DNA from: Candidatus Woesearchaeota archaeon
GTDB lineage: Archaea > Nanobdellota > Nanobdellia > SCGC-AAA011-G17 > GW2011-AR18
Length of the DNA: 64,000 nucleotides
Direction of reading: 5' to 3'
NCBI GenBank assembly: GCA_018302545.1
Contig: JAGVZM010000002.1
Coordinates: 2,198-66,197 of the forward strand
Shown here: positions 37,862 through 47,702 of the stretch, piece after piece
Layout of the letters: each line of letters starts with the position of its first letter
Position numbering within the stretch: position 1 is the stretch's first letter
The notes under the pieces: model-generated
Database searches by the model: none
Seen by the model: the letters and a program-made list of their open reading frames with translations, nothing else
Told to the model about the DNA's origin: nothing
Program-made: the position numbers and the translations under genes

Positions 37862-38586
37862 AATTCACTCCTAACAAAAGCACCATCAACAACTCCAGAT
37901 TGAGCACAAAAATCATCATTAACCTTAACTTTATTCAATTCTCTCAAAGCTTCGAAAGTAGCCATGAAAAAATTCAGTTTTGTTGAAGTATTCCCTAAAC
38001 TCTTAGAATAAACATCTTTAATACCCGCTAATTCTAGAATCTTTCTACACTTTCTTTCTGCATTCAAACCAGTTCCCCTAGGTGCAGGTTTAAATGTTAC
38101 TTCTACACTACCATGTTTTCCATAAACTCTAAAAGGAATTGAATGATGGGTTTTACAACCACAGTCCCAAGATCCACAACCTCTTCTAATCTTAATAAGA
38201 TTTAATTTAGCATTTCTAATAGCCTTCTCTCTTGCAGGTACAGTTTCTTTACTACTTCCAAAACCAACACCAACAAAACCATTTTTGTTACCCACAACAG
38301 CAAATGCAGAAAACTTCATTCTAGATCCCTCTGAAGTTATTTTTTGAGTTTGTTTCCAAATACTCCCTTTACCACCACCAAACTTACCCTTACTTTGACC
38401 AACTTCTAAAAGTTGTGTCTCTAAATCAGGCAATAAAGCATCTACTAACTCAGCCTCAAGAATTCTATAACCACTATCAAGGATGTAAGCAATATCTGTT
38501 ATCTCTCCAGATTTCACTCTTCTACCTAACTCAGTCTTAGGATTCCACTCCTCCAAATTAAATGTTTTACCTTTTAACATTTGCAA
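37858..38586 (-). CDS. rps5: 30S ribosomal protein S5 (uS5)
   Basis: FAVVGNKNGFVGVGFGSSKE...AIRNAKLNL...GSWDCGC uS5 signature. Confidence 0.85.
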   Translation of the reverse strand: MQMLKGKTFNLEEWNPKTELGRRVKSGEITDIAYILDSGYRILEAELVDALLPDLETQLLEVGQSKGKFGGGKGSIWKQTQKITSEGSRMKFSAFAVVGNKNGFVGVGFGSSKETVPAREKAIRNAKLNLIKIRRGCGSWDCGCKTHHSIPFRVYGKHGSVEVTFKPAPRGTGLNAERKCRKILELAGIKDVYSKSLGNTSTKLNFFMATFEALRELNKVKVNDDFCAQSGVVDGAFVRSEL

Positions 38587-39154
38587 TCATCTTCTCCTTA
38601 GCTTGATCAAAATATTTGCTTAAATCTTCTGGTTTAAATCCATTTTTAAGATAAACAGAAAACTGCTTCTTATAAACTTCACTATCTTTAACCTTTTTAG
38701 CATAATCCTCTATATGTTTACCAGAAACTCTATCTTCACTTGGTAAAAAAGATTCATTAACCTTAACTTTAAATCCTGAATCAATCAATCCTTTAGAAAC
38801 ACCAAATAAAGAAGAGCCCTTAACAACCCTATTAAATCCAAAATCAATAATTCCAGTATCAATACCTTTTTGTAAAGCTTTAAGACCACATAAAAAACCA
38901 ACAAGATAAGAAGAAGGTAAATTTCCTCTATGAGCTTTCCAACCATATTTAATAAGTTCTCTCGAATGGCTAGAAACCAAAACTTTGTCACCTTTTAAAT
39001 CAAAACCTACAATCTGAACAAGTATATTATTCAAAGAAATCCTAACAATCACTCTAAACATATTAGAAGATATAAGTTTCAACCTAGTCCTATAATCTGT
39101 TTTCCCTTCTCTCTTTCTTCTATAAGCCAAAGTATATGCATTTCCTTTTTTCAT
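38567..39154 (-). CDS. rpl18: 50S ribosomal protein L18 (uL18)
   Basis: AYTLAYRRKREGKTDYRTRLKL...RISLNNILVQIV matches archaeal uL18. Confidence 0.85.
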   Translation of the reverse strand: MKKGNAYTLAYRRKREGKTDYRTRLKLISSNMFRVIVRISLNNILVQIVGFDLKGDKVLVSSHSRELIKYGWKAHRGNLPSSYLVGFLCGLKALQKGIDTGIIDFGFNRVVKGSSLFGVSKGLIDSGFKVKVNESFLPSEDRVSGKHIEDYAKKVKDSEVYKKQFSVYLKNGFKPEDLSKYFDQAKEKMIANVKR

Positions 39155-39612
39155 TTTTTATCCTTCTTTAACCATAATTCATGTTCTGTTAAGTAAAGTT
39201 TTATATGTCTTCTGCTTCTGAAAAATCCCCCTCTAGATTTAACTCTCAAGTGCCTATAAGTTTCTCTAGAGATTTTTTGATCAGTAACCAATGAAGAAAC
39301 TAAGTCTCTCTGAGCTCTAATAGAATTCATCCAATTTTGTTTTCTAGACAATCTTGCAGTTTCTTTTCCTTTCTTATTACCTGGACCATTTCTTCTACCC
39401 TTACGTTTTTGGATTATTCTCTTTCTTATTCTAGATCTTGATATTCCTCTTTTAGGTTTAACTAAAATTACTCCATTAGAGATTAAACCTCTTAAATCTT
39501 CTTTAGTCACAGCTTCTTTAATTTCATTAGACTTCTCAGGATTAAACCAAACTCTACCCAAACCAATATCTAGTAACCTAGCAACCATTTCTTTTTTACT
39601 TCTTAGGTTCAT
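39151..39612 (-). CDS. rpl19e: 50S ribosomal protein L19e (eL19)
   Basis: MNLRSKKEMVARLLDIGLGRVWFNPEKSNEIKEAVTKEDLRGLI matches eL19. Confidence 0.85.
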   Translation of the reverse strand: MNLRSKKEMVARLLDIGLGRVWFNPEKSNEIKEAVTKEDLRGLISNGVILVKPKRGISRSRIRKRIIQKRKGRRNGPGNKKGKETARLSRKQNWMNSIRAQRDLVSSLVTDQKISRETYRHLRVKSRGGFFRSRRHIKLYLTEHELWLKKDKK

Positions 39613-40270
39613 TCTTCTTCACTCCTTTCTTCTTTGGCTTAGATTCTTTAGTTGATTCCGTATTTTCTGCATAAGGATCTATCCTATGATCATCTTTATC
39701 TAATCCTTTAGAATTGCTAGTATCTTCTTTCGAATCTTTATGATGTGAATGATCATGATCTTTATGTTCATGAGATTCTTCTTTCTTTTTTTCTTTTGCT
39801 TCACTTAATTTTTTCTTTTTCTGCTCTTTTCTAGATGCAGAACCTTGTTTTTTAGAAATCAAAATATCTTTAACACTAACAACATAAGCTTCTATATCTT
39901 TAACACCCAAGACTTTAAGGCCTAAAGATTTAGCCTTATCTAAAATTAATAATCTCTTTTTAATGCCTACTCCAGAAGAGATAATCACACAACAATTTTC
40001 TACTACTTTACTGAGATCATTAATATTAGAAACAAGAATAGGCATTAATCCATGTTTGGTTAAACCTTTAACTAAATTAGGACCCGCATAACCTATTGAA
40101 GGAATATTCCTATGCCCTCTAAAACCTCTTCTTAATTTACTTTGAATACCTTTAGGTTTTCTCCACTTTCCTCTAAATTGTTTAATCTTATTAGCTTCTT
40201 GTCTCTCAAAAGGAGGAGTTTTATCTTTAATTTTCTTTCTCAAATCCAATAAAGGTTTTATTTTATTCAT
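39596..40270 (-). CDS. rpl32e: 50S ribosomal protein L32e (eL32) with His/Asp/Lys-rich C-terminal extension
   Basis: FRGKWRKPKGIQSKLRRGFRGHRNIPSIGYAGP matches eL32. About 80 extra C-terminal residues (KEESHEHKDHDHSHHKDSKED...). Confidence 0.8.
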   Translation of the reverse strand: MNKIKPLLDLRKKIKDKTPPFERQEANKIKQFRGKWRKPKGIQSKLRRGFRGHRNIPSIGYAGPNLVKGLTKHGLMPILVSNINDLSKVVENCCVIISSGVGIKKRLLILDKAKSLGLKVLGVKDIEAYVVSVKDILISKKQGSASRKEQKKKKLSEAKEKKKEESHEHKDHDHSHHKDSKEDTSNSKGLDKDDHRIDPYAENTESTKESKPKKKGVKKNEPKK

Positions 40271-40818
40271 TCTTCATCTCCTGGTTTTAAAATAATAAAA
40301 CAACCATCTTGGAATATTCTTCTATCCCTATTTGTAATTCTAGTGTTTTGCTCTATCTTAGCAGCAGTCTGACCTACCTTCTCTTTATCTAATCCATCGA
40401 CTAAAATAAGGTCACCTTGAACCTTTACAGATACCCCATCAACAAAGCTTGTCTTTCTAGGAACTTTTTCACCTAAAAAATTCTTAATAACAAGAGAATT
40501 ACCTTCAACAGTAACAGTCATAGGGAAATATCCTGAACATATCTTCAACTTAGCTTTATATCCTTCTTGAACTCCTATAAACATATTTCTTACATGTGCT
40601 TTATAAGTATTCATAAACATTTTATCAGAATTAGAAAATCTAACACCATTCTTATTCTTAAAAATAACTACCCCATTTTCAACAACCATAACAATTCTTG
40701 GGTTCAAAAAAGTTCTTTCTAAACTACCTTTAGTTCCCTTAACAAAGATAGTATTATTCTCTACTTTAACTTCCACTCCTTGTGGAATACTAAGTTGAGC
40801 AACGTAAATTTTCTTCAT
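40267..40818 (-). CDS. rpl6: 50S ribosomal protein L6 (uL6)
   Basis: Two-domain uL6 pattern (VKVENNTIFVKGTKGSL...; VTVEGNSLVIKNFLGEKVPR). Confidence 0.85.
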   Translation of the reverse strand: MKKIYVAQLSIPQGVEVKVENNTIFVKGTKGSLERTFLNPRIVMVVENGVVIFKNKNGVRFSNSDKMFMNTYKAHVRNMFIGVQEGYKAKLKICSGYFPMTVTVEGNSLVIKNFLGEKVPRKTSFVDGVSVKVQGDLILVDGLDKEKVGQTAAKIEQNTRITNRDRRIFQDGCFIILKPGDEE

Positions 40819-40819
40819 T

Positions 40820-41212
40820 TTAATAACAATAAGCTATAAGCTTGCCTCCAATGCCTTTATCTAAAGCCTCTTTATGAGTCATAATTCCTTTTGAAGTAGT
40901 CACAATAAATAAACCAAAATTTTTAGAAGGTAAATATCTTTTTTCAAAAGTTTCATAATTATCCTTTGTAAAAGAAAATCTAGGTTTGACAACTCCACAT
41001 TTATTTATATTACCTATTAAATTAATTTTTATCCATCCCCCTCTAGACTCATCAACAACAGAAAAGTCACCAATATAATTACTATCCTTAAGTAATGTTA
41101 ACACTGAAACCAAAATTTTAGATTTAGGTCCAACTAAACATTCATTCTTACCCTGTTTCTCACTGTTTAAAATATGACTTAAACAATTTGCTAATGGATC
41201 ATTCAAACTCAT
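40820..41212 (-). CDS. rps8: 30S ribosomal protein S8 (uS8)
   Basis: MSLNDPLANCLSHILNSEKQGKNECLV...SKGIMTHKEALDKGIGGKLIAYCY matches uS8. Confidence 0.85.
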   Translation of the reverse strand: MSLNDPLANCLSHILNSEKQGKNECLVGPKSKILVSVLTLLKDSNYIGDFSVVDESRGGWIKINLIGNINKCGVVKPRFSFTKDNYETFEKRYLPSKNFGLFIVTTSKGIMTHKEALDKGIGGKLIAYCY

Positions 41213-41220
41213 TTTTCCTC

Positions 41221-41451
41221 CTAGCTAAATTTCTTAAAACCAATTTTCTTAGCATCCTCCCTAAAACACATTCTACACATCTGAATTCCATAACATCTTA
41301 TATGAGCACCAAATCTACCACATCTTCTACACCTTCTCAAACCAATTCCAGTAGTCCTAATTTTAGGTGAATTATGCTTCAAAAATTTCTTCTTTTTAGA
41401 TTTTTTCGCATCTAGTTGTTTAAAAACCTTAGTAAATTCTTTAATAGTCAT
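41221..41451 (-). CDS. rps14: 30S ribosomal protein S14 type Z (uS14, zinc-binding)
   Basis: [25 protein letters not shown] zinc-ribbon uS14 signature. Confidence 0.85.
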   Translation of the reverse strand: MTIKEFTKVFKQLDAKKSKKKKFLKHNSPKIRTTGIGLRRCRRCGRFGAHIRCYGIQMCRMCFREDAKKIGFKKFS

Positions 41452-41963
41452 TATTCATCCTCCAACACCAAACTAAATTCTTTTTTCATGAAATCCATAG
41501 CTTGAACATCACTAATATTGTGCCTGCTAGGAATCTTTCTTTTTAATTTGGATCTTCTCTTAATTCTAAATCCTTTTCTGCTTAAAGTAACAGCCGCTTC
41601 TAAACCTATAACTCCTATACTCGCTTCATAAGGAACTTCAGGAATATCTATATACTCTTTAATACCAAATGAAAAATTACCAAACTTATCAAACTTTCTC
41701 ATAGAAATACTATTATCCATTGCACTCAACAATCTTTTCAGGAGTTTAGAAGCTTCCTTTCCTCTAACCGTAACTTTACATGCAATAGGTAATTTAGGTC
41801 TAACCCCCCAAGTAGGAATTCTCTTATCACTACTTGTTTGAACAGGTTTCCTTCCAGAGATATTTTTAAGTAATCTCATAGCCTTATCTAATTTATCTCC
41901 AGGACTACCAACCCCAATGTTAAGGGTAACTTTTTCAACATGTATTTCTCTCATTAGATTCAT
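41451..41963 (-). CDS. rpl5: 50S ribosomal protein L5 (uL5)
   Basis: [26 protein letters not shown]...[11 protein letters not shown] matches uL5. Confidence 0.85.
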   Translation of the reverse strand: MNLMREIHVEKVTLNIGVGSPGDKLDKAMRLLKNISGRKPVQTSSDKRIPTWGVRPKLPIACKVTVRGKEASKLLKRLLSAMDNSISMRKFDKFGNFSFGIKEYIDIPEVPYEASIGVIGLEAAVTLSRKGFRIKRRSKLKRKIPSRHNISDVQAMDFMKKEFSLVLEDE

Positions 41964-42676
41964 GATTTAGCCTCCAAGCCAACTTCAACTTTTCCATTAC
42001 CAACAACAAAAACATAATTCCTCAAAGTAATATAATCTTTATCACCAATCTCAAGAACAAGTTTAGCAGCCTTCATATCTTTAGAAGGAACTAATTCTTT
42101 GACCTTTGCAATAACCCCAACATAACTGCCATCTACCAAATAAACAAAAGATCCTTTGTCTAGAGAAAATAATTTATTTATCTTCTTATTTTTTAGATCA
42201 TATAATACACTATCTCCGATTTTTGCATCAGATTTATCCAATAAAATATTTCTGCCATCATGGAAAGTTATCTGTAATTTCCCATTTTTAACAATAGACT
42301 TTTTAATAACTTTCAAGAGTTTAGTATTTTGTTCATCTTTATCTAAAGGAATTAAAACAAAATTTCCTTTTTTATTAAACACTATTTTATAAGACTCTTT
42401 CAATTTAGGAAGTTCTATAATATCCATTATACCTATTGGAAACTTATAATCTTTTCTAACAACACCATCAATTAAAAGACCACCAGAATTAATTATATTT
42501 TTAACTTCTTTAGCAGTCTTTGCATAATTTAATAAATTTTTAAGTAAAAAATTCACAGTCAAGCATCTTGACAGAGGGTGCGGTCCCGCTAAAGGTCTTG
42601 TTATATATTTGTTTTCCTTTCTAGCTAATTTCCAATTTTTTGGCGATGCCAACCTAGATAAATGATTTTGTCCCAT
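41960..42676 (-). CDS. rps4e: 30S ribosomal protein S4e (eS4)
   Basis: HLSRLASPKNWKLARKENKYITRPLAGPHPLSRCL...KFPIGIMDIIEL matches eS4. Confidence 0.85.
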   Translation of the reverse strand: MGQNHLSRLASPKNWKLARKENKYITRPLAGPHPLSRCLTVNFLLKNLLNYAKTAKEVKNIINSGGLLIDGVVRKDYKFPIGIMDIIELPKLKESYKIVFNKKGNFVLIPLDKDEQNTKLLKVIKKSIVKNGKLQITFHDGRNILLDKSDAKIGDSVLYDLKNKKINKLFSLDKGSFVYLVDGSYVGVIAKVKELVPSKDMKAAKLVLEIGDKDYITLRNYVFVVGNGKVEVGLEAKS

Positions 42677-42677
42677 T

Positions 42678-43055
42678 TTATTTCCTCTCTAATATTTTCT
42701 TTCTATATTTATCCTCCATATTTAACTCAGTTATAAGTAAATTAGAAGGATCTATAGGTCTGGTTAACTTAGTTCCATCTCTTTTAACATTAACAACCCC
42801 CTCAACATAAACAGAGTGGTTTACTAAACTAACCCTAGTAACTTTAGCAACTCTCCCTTTAAACTCTCCAACAATAACTTTAACAAGATCTCCCTTTCTA
42901 ACAGGAAGATTTCTCTTTCCATATTTTTGTTTTAAATCTTTACTTAACCTAACACTCATAAATTTTCTAATTATGTGTAAAGGAGCATTATATCTATACT
43001 TCCTTTGTTTTCTAGGATTTTTACTCCCAACCCATTTTCTACTCCACAATTTCAT
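42678..43055 (-). CDS. rpl24: 50S ribosomal protein L24 (uL24)
   Basis: KOW motif RKGDLVKVIVGEFKGRVAKVTRV. The likely start is MKLWSRKW, 4 codons inside the ORF track start at 43067. Confidence 0.85.
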   Translation of the reverse strand: MKLWSRKWVGSKNPRKQRKYRYNAPLHIIRKFMSVRLSKDLKQKYGKRNLPVRKGDLVKVIVGEFKGRVAKVTRVSLVNHSVYVEGVVNVKRDGTKLTRPIDPSNLLITELNMEDKYRKKILERK

Positions 43056-43056
43056 T

Positions 43057-43458
43057 TTACACCACAAGTTTAGCTATTTTAGTAACAGCAGGCCACCTTT
43101 GTGATACCTCCTTAGCAATTGGACCTTTAATTAATGTTCCTTTTGGATTTCCTTTATCATCCTTTAAAACGACTGCAGCATTATCTTCAAATTTAACCCT
43201 AGTACCATCAGATCTTCTATATTCTTTTTTTTGTCTAACTATAATTGCACTAACAACCTTCTTTCTCATTTCAGGATTCCCTTTTCTAACAGACGCAACA
43301 ATATGATCGCCAACGCCCCCACTTAAGTTTCTTCCCTTAACAGTTTTAGCTCTTTTAAAAGACATAACAAATAAAATCTTAGCTCCTGAATTATCACACG
43401 CGAGTACATAAGATCCTTTTTGTATTCCTTTTGTTATATTTGCTTTTAATGCTTTCAT
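43057..43458 (-). CDS. rpl14: 50S ribosomal protein L14 (uL14)
   Basis: VLACDNSGAKILFVMSFKRAK...GDHIVASVRKGNPEMRKKVVSAIIVRQKKEYRRSDG matches uL14. Confidence 0.9.
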   Translation of the reverse strand: MKALKANITKGIQKGSYVLACDNSGAKILFVMSFKRAKTVKGRNLSGGVGDHIVASVRKGNPEMRKKVVSAIIVRQKKEYRRSDGTRVKFEDNAAVVLKDDKGNPKGTLIKGPIAKEVSQRWPAVTKIAKLVV

Positions 43459-43772
43459 TATAATTTCTCCACAATTACAAAGTTTTTAGTTTTACTTATA
43501 GGCCTAGTCTCAACTATCCTTACTTTATCTCCTACTTGTGCATTTATGCATATAGGATTATGAACTTGTATCTTACTTCTCCTTTTTTCATATCTTTGAT
43601 ATTTGGGCAAGTAAACAATTCTACTCCACTGTACTACTGCAGATTTTTGAGCACCAGATTTAACAACTTGAGCAATAAACTCTCTACCTCTAAGTTTCAA
43701 ACCAGTCTCCTCTACTACCATCTGCACAGAGCCCTTTTCAACTTCCATTATTTTTTGTTTTTTCTTAACCAT
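43458..43772 (-). CDS. rps17: 30S ribosomal protein S17 (uS17)
   Basis: KLRGREFIAQVVKSGAQKSAVVQWSRIVYLPKYQRYEKRRSKIQVHNP...GDKVRIVETRPISKTKNF matches uS17. Confidence 0.85.
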   Translation of the reverse strand: MVKKKQKIMEVEKGSVQMVVEETGLKLRGREFIAQVVKSGAQKSAVVQWSRIVYLPKYQRYEKRRSKIQVHNPICINAQVGDKVRIVETRPISKTKNFVIVEKL

Positions 43773-44091
43773 TTTTACCTTGACTTTCTTTGATTATTAT
43801 TGAATCAGCGTTGAATCCTAATTTCTGCAACTCTGCTTTGACCTTTTCAACATGATTACCTTGTAACTCTATAACACCATTCTTAGATGTTCCGCCACAA
43901 GCAAGTTTAGTCTTAAGTTTTTTACTAAGATCCTTAAGATCAATAGTCTTTTCATCAAAGCCTTCCACTACAGTTGCTAATTTACCATATCTTTTTTTAA
44001 CAACTTTAATAGTTATCTTTTGACCTTCCCTGGCAATAGTTTGACAAACACAAAGGTCTTTAGGTAAACTACAAACACTGCATATTTCCAT
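43765..44091 (-). CDS. sui1: Translation initiation factor SUI1 (aSUI1/eIF1)
   Basis: CxxC...KITIKVVKKRYGKLATVVEGFD...LKTKLACGGTSKNGVIELQGNH SUI1 signature. Lies in the L29-(SUI1/Rpp29)-S17 slot. Confidence 0.8.
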   Translation of the reverse strand: MEICSVCSLPKDLCVCQTIAREGQKITIKVVKKRYGKLATVVEGFDEKTIDLKDLSKKLKTKLACGGTSKNGVIELQGNHVEKVKAELQKLGFNADSIIIKESQGKNG

Positions 44092-44316
44092 TTATTTTGT
44101 CGTTACCTCCTTCTTATTTTTCATATTCAAAATTGTCTTCATTCTAGCAATATTTTTTCTAATTACTTTAACTTTTCCTGGATTCTCAGGAGGAGTACCT
44201 CTTGAGATTTGAGATCTATATTTAATTAGTTCCATATTTAGTTCTTGCATATTTTTTCTAATTTCTTCTTCTCCCATATTTTTTAATTCATTCTTCTTTA
44301 GTTTCGCCATTTTCAA
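44092..44316 (-). CDS. rpl29: 50S ribosomal protein L29 (uL29)
   Basis: 74-aa helical protein (ELKNMGEEEIRKNMQELNMELIKYRSQIS). Conserved position after S3. Confidence 0.8.
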   Translation of the reverse strand: MKMAKLKKNELKNMGEEEIRKNMQELNMELIKYRSQISRGTPPENPGKVKVIRKNIARMKTILNMKNKKEVTTK

Positions 44317-45121
44317 CTTCCTGTTTTACTTCTTTTGTTTTTTTCTTTGTTCTCTTTTTAGGTTTTTCCCCAGTTTCAACTTCAGTAGTCTTAATTTCCT
44401 CTTTGACATCAACTGATTTTTCTTCAACAACTGGTTTAGGTTGATCTAAAACCTCAGAAGATTTTTTAGCTTGTACAATTATATCTTGTTCACTAACTGG
44501 AGTGCTAACAACTTTAATTTGATCTTCTCTAATTTTTATATCATCAGGCAAAACAACCTCTGAATGCAATATACTAACCTTTATTCCAATAGTACCACTT
44601 CTTAAGTTACAAGACTCATAAGACCTATCCATATAATTTTCTGAAACATCACCTGATTTTTTCAAATAGCCTGCTGAAAATCTCCAAGTTTTAGCTCTTT
44701 CACCAGGAACTCCCCTTCCAGATATAACAATTTCTATTCCTTTTGCTCCTGCCCTCATAGCATCCTCTAAGGCTTTGTAAGCCATAGCCTTAAATCTCTT
44801 AGGACCAAACCTATCAAATCCAGTAATCAAAGATCTAGATACAGATGAAGCATCAACTAAAGGATTAGGAATTTCTAAAACTTCTAGCTGAGGATTTTCC
44901 ATATTAAACTTAGTTTTCAAAATATCTGTTAATTTCTTAATGTTAGCTCCTTTTCTACCAACTATTAAACCAGGTCTAGAGGTATAAACACTAATCTTCT
45001 CTCCTAAAGGAGTTCTCTGCATAGCAATATAACTACAGCTAGTTGCACCTAAGAAACTAAATACAAAATCTTGTATTTGTTTTTCCTTCACTTTTTCAGC
45101 AATAATCTGTCTTTCAATCAT
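44288..45121 (-). CDS. rps3: 30S ribosomal protein S3 (uS3) with KE-rich C-terminal extension
   Basis: KH domain (IVGRKGANIKKLTDIL). uS3 C-domain (RAGAKGIEIVISGRGVPGERAKTWRFSAGYL). Confidence 0.85.
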   Translation of the reverse strand: MIERQIIAEKVKEKQIQDFVFSFLGATSCSYIAMQRTPLGEKISVYTSRPGLIVGRKGANIKKLTDILKTKFNMENPQLEVLEIPNPLVDASSVSRSLITGFDRFGPKRFKAMAYKALEDAMRAGAKGIEIVISGRGVPGERAKTWRFSAGYLKKSGDVSENYMDRSYESCNLRSGTIGIKVSILHSEVVLPDDIKIREDQIKVVSTPVSEQDIIVQAKKSSEVLDQPKPVVEEKSVDVKEEIKTTEVETGEKPKKRTKKKTKEVKQEVENGETKEE

Positions 45122-45558
45122 TTTTTACCTTCCTTTTTATCTTCCACATTTCTCTCTTCAACAATCAATTCAACATGAGTATTTTTCATTTTAGTTCTAC
45201 CCTTCCTAGTAGAATGCCATCTAGCCTCAGCCTTATCAGCTTTAGCATGAACTAAATATAAACTATTAACATTCAATCCCTTATTTTCAGCATTAGCCTC
45301 TAATGAATTAAACAAATTCAAAAATTCAGTACCTGCTTTAACTGGATATTTACCAGGACCAACACCTTTCCTATGGCCTCTATTCCAACTATATCTCCTA
45401 ACAGGAACAGCCCTCTCCTGATCAACAGTATATTGAATCATTTGTTTAGCTTGTTTTAGAGATTTACCTCTAATATAATTACAAATCTCAACAGACATTT
45501 TAGTAGAGATATTTAAAGATCTTCCACTAACCTTTGCAGTATTATTCTTATCAACCAT
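45118..45558 (-). CDS. rpl22: 50S ribosomal protein L22 (uL22)
   Basis: AKVSGRSLNISTKMSVEICNYIRGKSLKQAKQMIQ...AVPVRRY matches uL22. Confidence 0.85.
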   Translation of the reverse strand: MVDKNNTAKVSGRSLNISTKMSVEICNYIRGKSLKQAKQMIQYTVDQERAVPVRRYSWNRGHRKGVGPGKYPVKAGTEFLNLFNSLEANAENKGLNVNSLYLVHAKADKAEARWHSTRKGRTKMKNTHVELIVEERNVEDKKEGKK

Positions 45559-45559
45559 T

Positions 45560-45958
45560 TTACTTCACACTAACTGATGAACTTGATTTAGTTGCACCAA
45601 TACCTGGAGCATTATGTCCAACTTTCTTTCTTGTTAAGGCAAATTCACCTAAATACATACCTAACATATCAATTGTGATTTCAATAGGAACAAACTCCTT
45701 TCCATTATAAATATGAATAGTAGTTCCTAAAAATTCAGGAAGTATAATCATGTTTCTACAGTGAGTTCTTACAGGTTTCTTTAATTTTCCTTCTTTACCT
45801 TTCTTGACTTTTAACAAAAGTCTTTTTTGAGCATCAGTCAATCCTCTTTTCAAAGTTCTTCTAGCTCTTGCAGGAACGTATTTCGCAAAATCAACTAAAC
45901 TCATATTCGCCAGTTCCTCTACAGTCTTTCCTTTAAAATTTACTTCTTTCCTTGCCAT
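45560..45958 (-). CDS. rps19: 30S ribosomal protein S19 (uS19)
   Basis: PVRTHCRNMIILPEFLGTTIHIYNGKEFVPIEI matches uS19. Confidence 0.85.
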   Translation of the reverse strand: MARKEVNFKGKTVEELANMSLVDFAKYVPARARRTLKRGLTDAQKRLLLKVKKGKEGKLKKPVRTHCRNMIILPEFLGTTIHIYNGKEFVPIEITIDMLGMYLGEFALTRKKVGHNAPGIGATKSSSSVSVK

Positions 45959-45960
45959 AT

Positions 45961-46674
45961 TTACTTCTTCCTACCTGTTCTTCTCGGTGCTACTTTTCCT
46001 ACCTTTCTTCCTGGTGGAGCATGTCTAGGCGCAATACTTGATTTACCTTTATGCCTACCTCTTCCTGAACCAAAAGGATGTTCAACTGCATTCATCGCTA
46101 CAGCAGAAGTAACAGGATATAATTTACCTCTAGCTCTCATAGCATGCCATTTTTTTCCAGCTTTGACAAATGGTTTTTCAAGTCTACCACCGCCAGCTAC
46201 TTGTCCAACAGTTGCCCTACACTTAGCATTAAATTCTTTTTCTTTTTTACTAGGCATTAATAATTTAACCTTACCCTCTGTTCTCGCCAAAATTTTTGCA
46301 AAAACTCCAGAAGATCTAACAAACTTACCACCGTCTCCTGGTTTAGATTCTATATTATAAACAAAAGTTCCTTCTGGGATCTCAGATAATGAAAGTGTAT
46401 TCCCATTATTGATACTAGACTTATTTCCTGTAAACACTTGATCACCAACAGCCAATCCTTCTGGAGCAATCATATAACAAATTTCTCCATCTTCATATTG
46501 AACAACTGCTAAAGGAGCACTATGACTAACACTATGCATTAACTCAACAATTACTCCAAAACAACCTTCACTATTAAAAGATTTATTCTTAGCTCTAGCA
46601 AAATATCTATGACTAAGTGCTACATATCTCCTAGTTCCTCTTCCTCTCTTCTGTGAAGTTATTCTTTTTCCCAT
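45961..46674 (-). CDS. rpl2: 50S ribosomal protein L2 (uL2)
   Basis: GDGGKFVRSSGVFAKILA...HAMRARGKLYPVTSAVAMNAVEHPFGSGRGRHKGK matches uL2. Confidence 0.9.
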   Translation of the reverse strand: MGKRITSQKRGRGTRRYVALSHRYFARAKNKSFNSEGCFGVIVELMHSVSHSAPLAVVQYEDGEICYMIAPEGLAVGDQVFTGNKSSINNGNTLSLSEIPEGTFVYNIESKPGDGGKFVRSSGVFAKILARTEGKVKLLMPSKKEKEFNAKCRATVGQVAGGGRLEKPFVKAGKKWHAMRARGKLYPVTSAVAMNAVEHPFGSGRGRHKGKSSIAPRHAPPGRKVGKVAPRRTGRKK

Positions 46675-46935
46675 TTACATTAACCCCAATTTAGTCATTA
46701 TATCAATTGCTGGATTAGCCTCATTTAATTTGACATATGCTCTTTTTTTTCCATCAACATTCAAAAAAGTATTTACTTTATCAACTTTAACATCAAATAA
46801 TTTTTCAACAGCCTGTTTAATCTCTTCTTTTTTAGACTTCAAATCTACAACAAATAATAATTTATTTTCCCTATCCATAAGTCTAATCGCTTTTTCTGTA
46901 GCCAGAGGATATTTTATAACTTGATCTTTTTTCAT
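46675..46935 (-). CDS. rpl23: 50S ribosomal protein L23 (uL23)
   Basis: MKKDQVIKYPLATEKAIRLMDRENKLLFVVDLKSKKEEIKQAVEKLFDVKVDKVNT matches uL23. Confidence 0.85.
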   Translation of the reverse strand: MKKDQVIKYPLATEKAIRLMDRENKLLFVVDLKSKKEEIKQAVEKLFDVKVDKVNTFLNVDGKKRAYVKLNEANPAIDIMTKLGLM

Positions 46936-47702
46936 TTCTTCACTCCAATAAACAACTTCTCTTTATCCATAGTTTCCAAAGCATTTTTAGTAAATATGCA
47001 GGCTCTAGGTAAGTTGTAATTCAAAGACAATAAATGCGCATTCAAACTCTTAACGTCAATAGTATCATAACCAGGAAGATTATTCAGAGCTTTAACAACA
47101 TCACAATTCTTTGTAACGACAACTAAAGGATTCTTCTTATATCTAACAGCCCTTCCTCTAGATTTACCCCTTCCAGCTTTAAAAATTTTTTTTCCATCAA
47201 CATCAAAACCTAAAGTCTCCAAAACTTTCTTAACATCTTTAGTAACTTTAATACTTTCAAACTTAGAATCAATAATAGTCAATTTATTTTGTTGCTGAAT
47301 ACCACTTAAAGCACTTCTAATAGCCTTTCTTCTTTCCTTAACATTAATCTTTAATTCCCAATTTTTACTAGCTTTAGGAGGATGCGCCCTTCTACCTCCA
47401 ACAGTACTTGATATTAAAGCACCAACCCATCCAAACTGCATACCTCTTCTCCACATTGTTTTTCTTGGAACTCTAGATATTCCCTTACCATAAGAACCTT
47501 TATAATTCCTTCTTCTTCTAGATAATTTAGCAGAATAATTCTTTCCAGCCCTAGGCATAGTTCCATAAGGCTGTCTTAAATGACTAAATATAGCTAATTT
47601 AGCTCTATTGACCAAACCAGGCTCATATTCTTCAGTAAATTGAATAGGCAATTCTATACTACTTAGTTTTTTCCCATCCAATCCTAAAACATCAACTTTC
47701 AT
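46932..47702 (-). CDS. rpl4: 50S ribosomal protein L4 (uL4, L1e type)
   Basis: MKVDVLGLDGKKLSSIELP...PRAGKNYSAKLSRRRRNYKGSYGKG...GGRRAHPPK matches archaeal uL4. Confidence 0.85.
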   Translation of the reverse strand: MKVDVLGLDGKKLSSIELPIQFTEEYEPGLVNRAKLAIFSHLRQPYGTMPRAGKNYSAKLSRRRRNYKGSYGKGISRVPRKTMWRRGMQFGWVGALISSTVGGRRAHPPKASKNWELKINVKERRKAIRSALSGIQQQNKLTIIDSKFESIKVTKDVKKVLETLGFDVDGKKIFKAGRGKSRGRAVRYKKNPLVVVTKNCDVVKALNNLPGYDTIDVKSLNAHLLSLNYNLPRACIFTKNALETMDKEKLFIGVKK

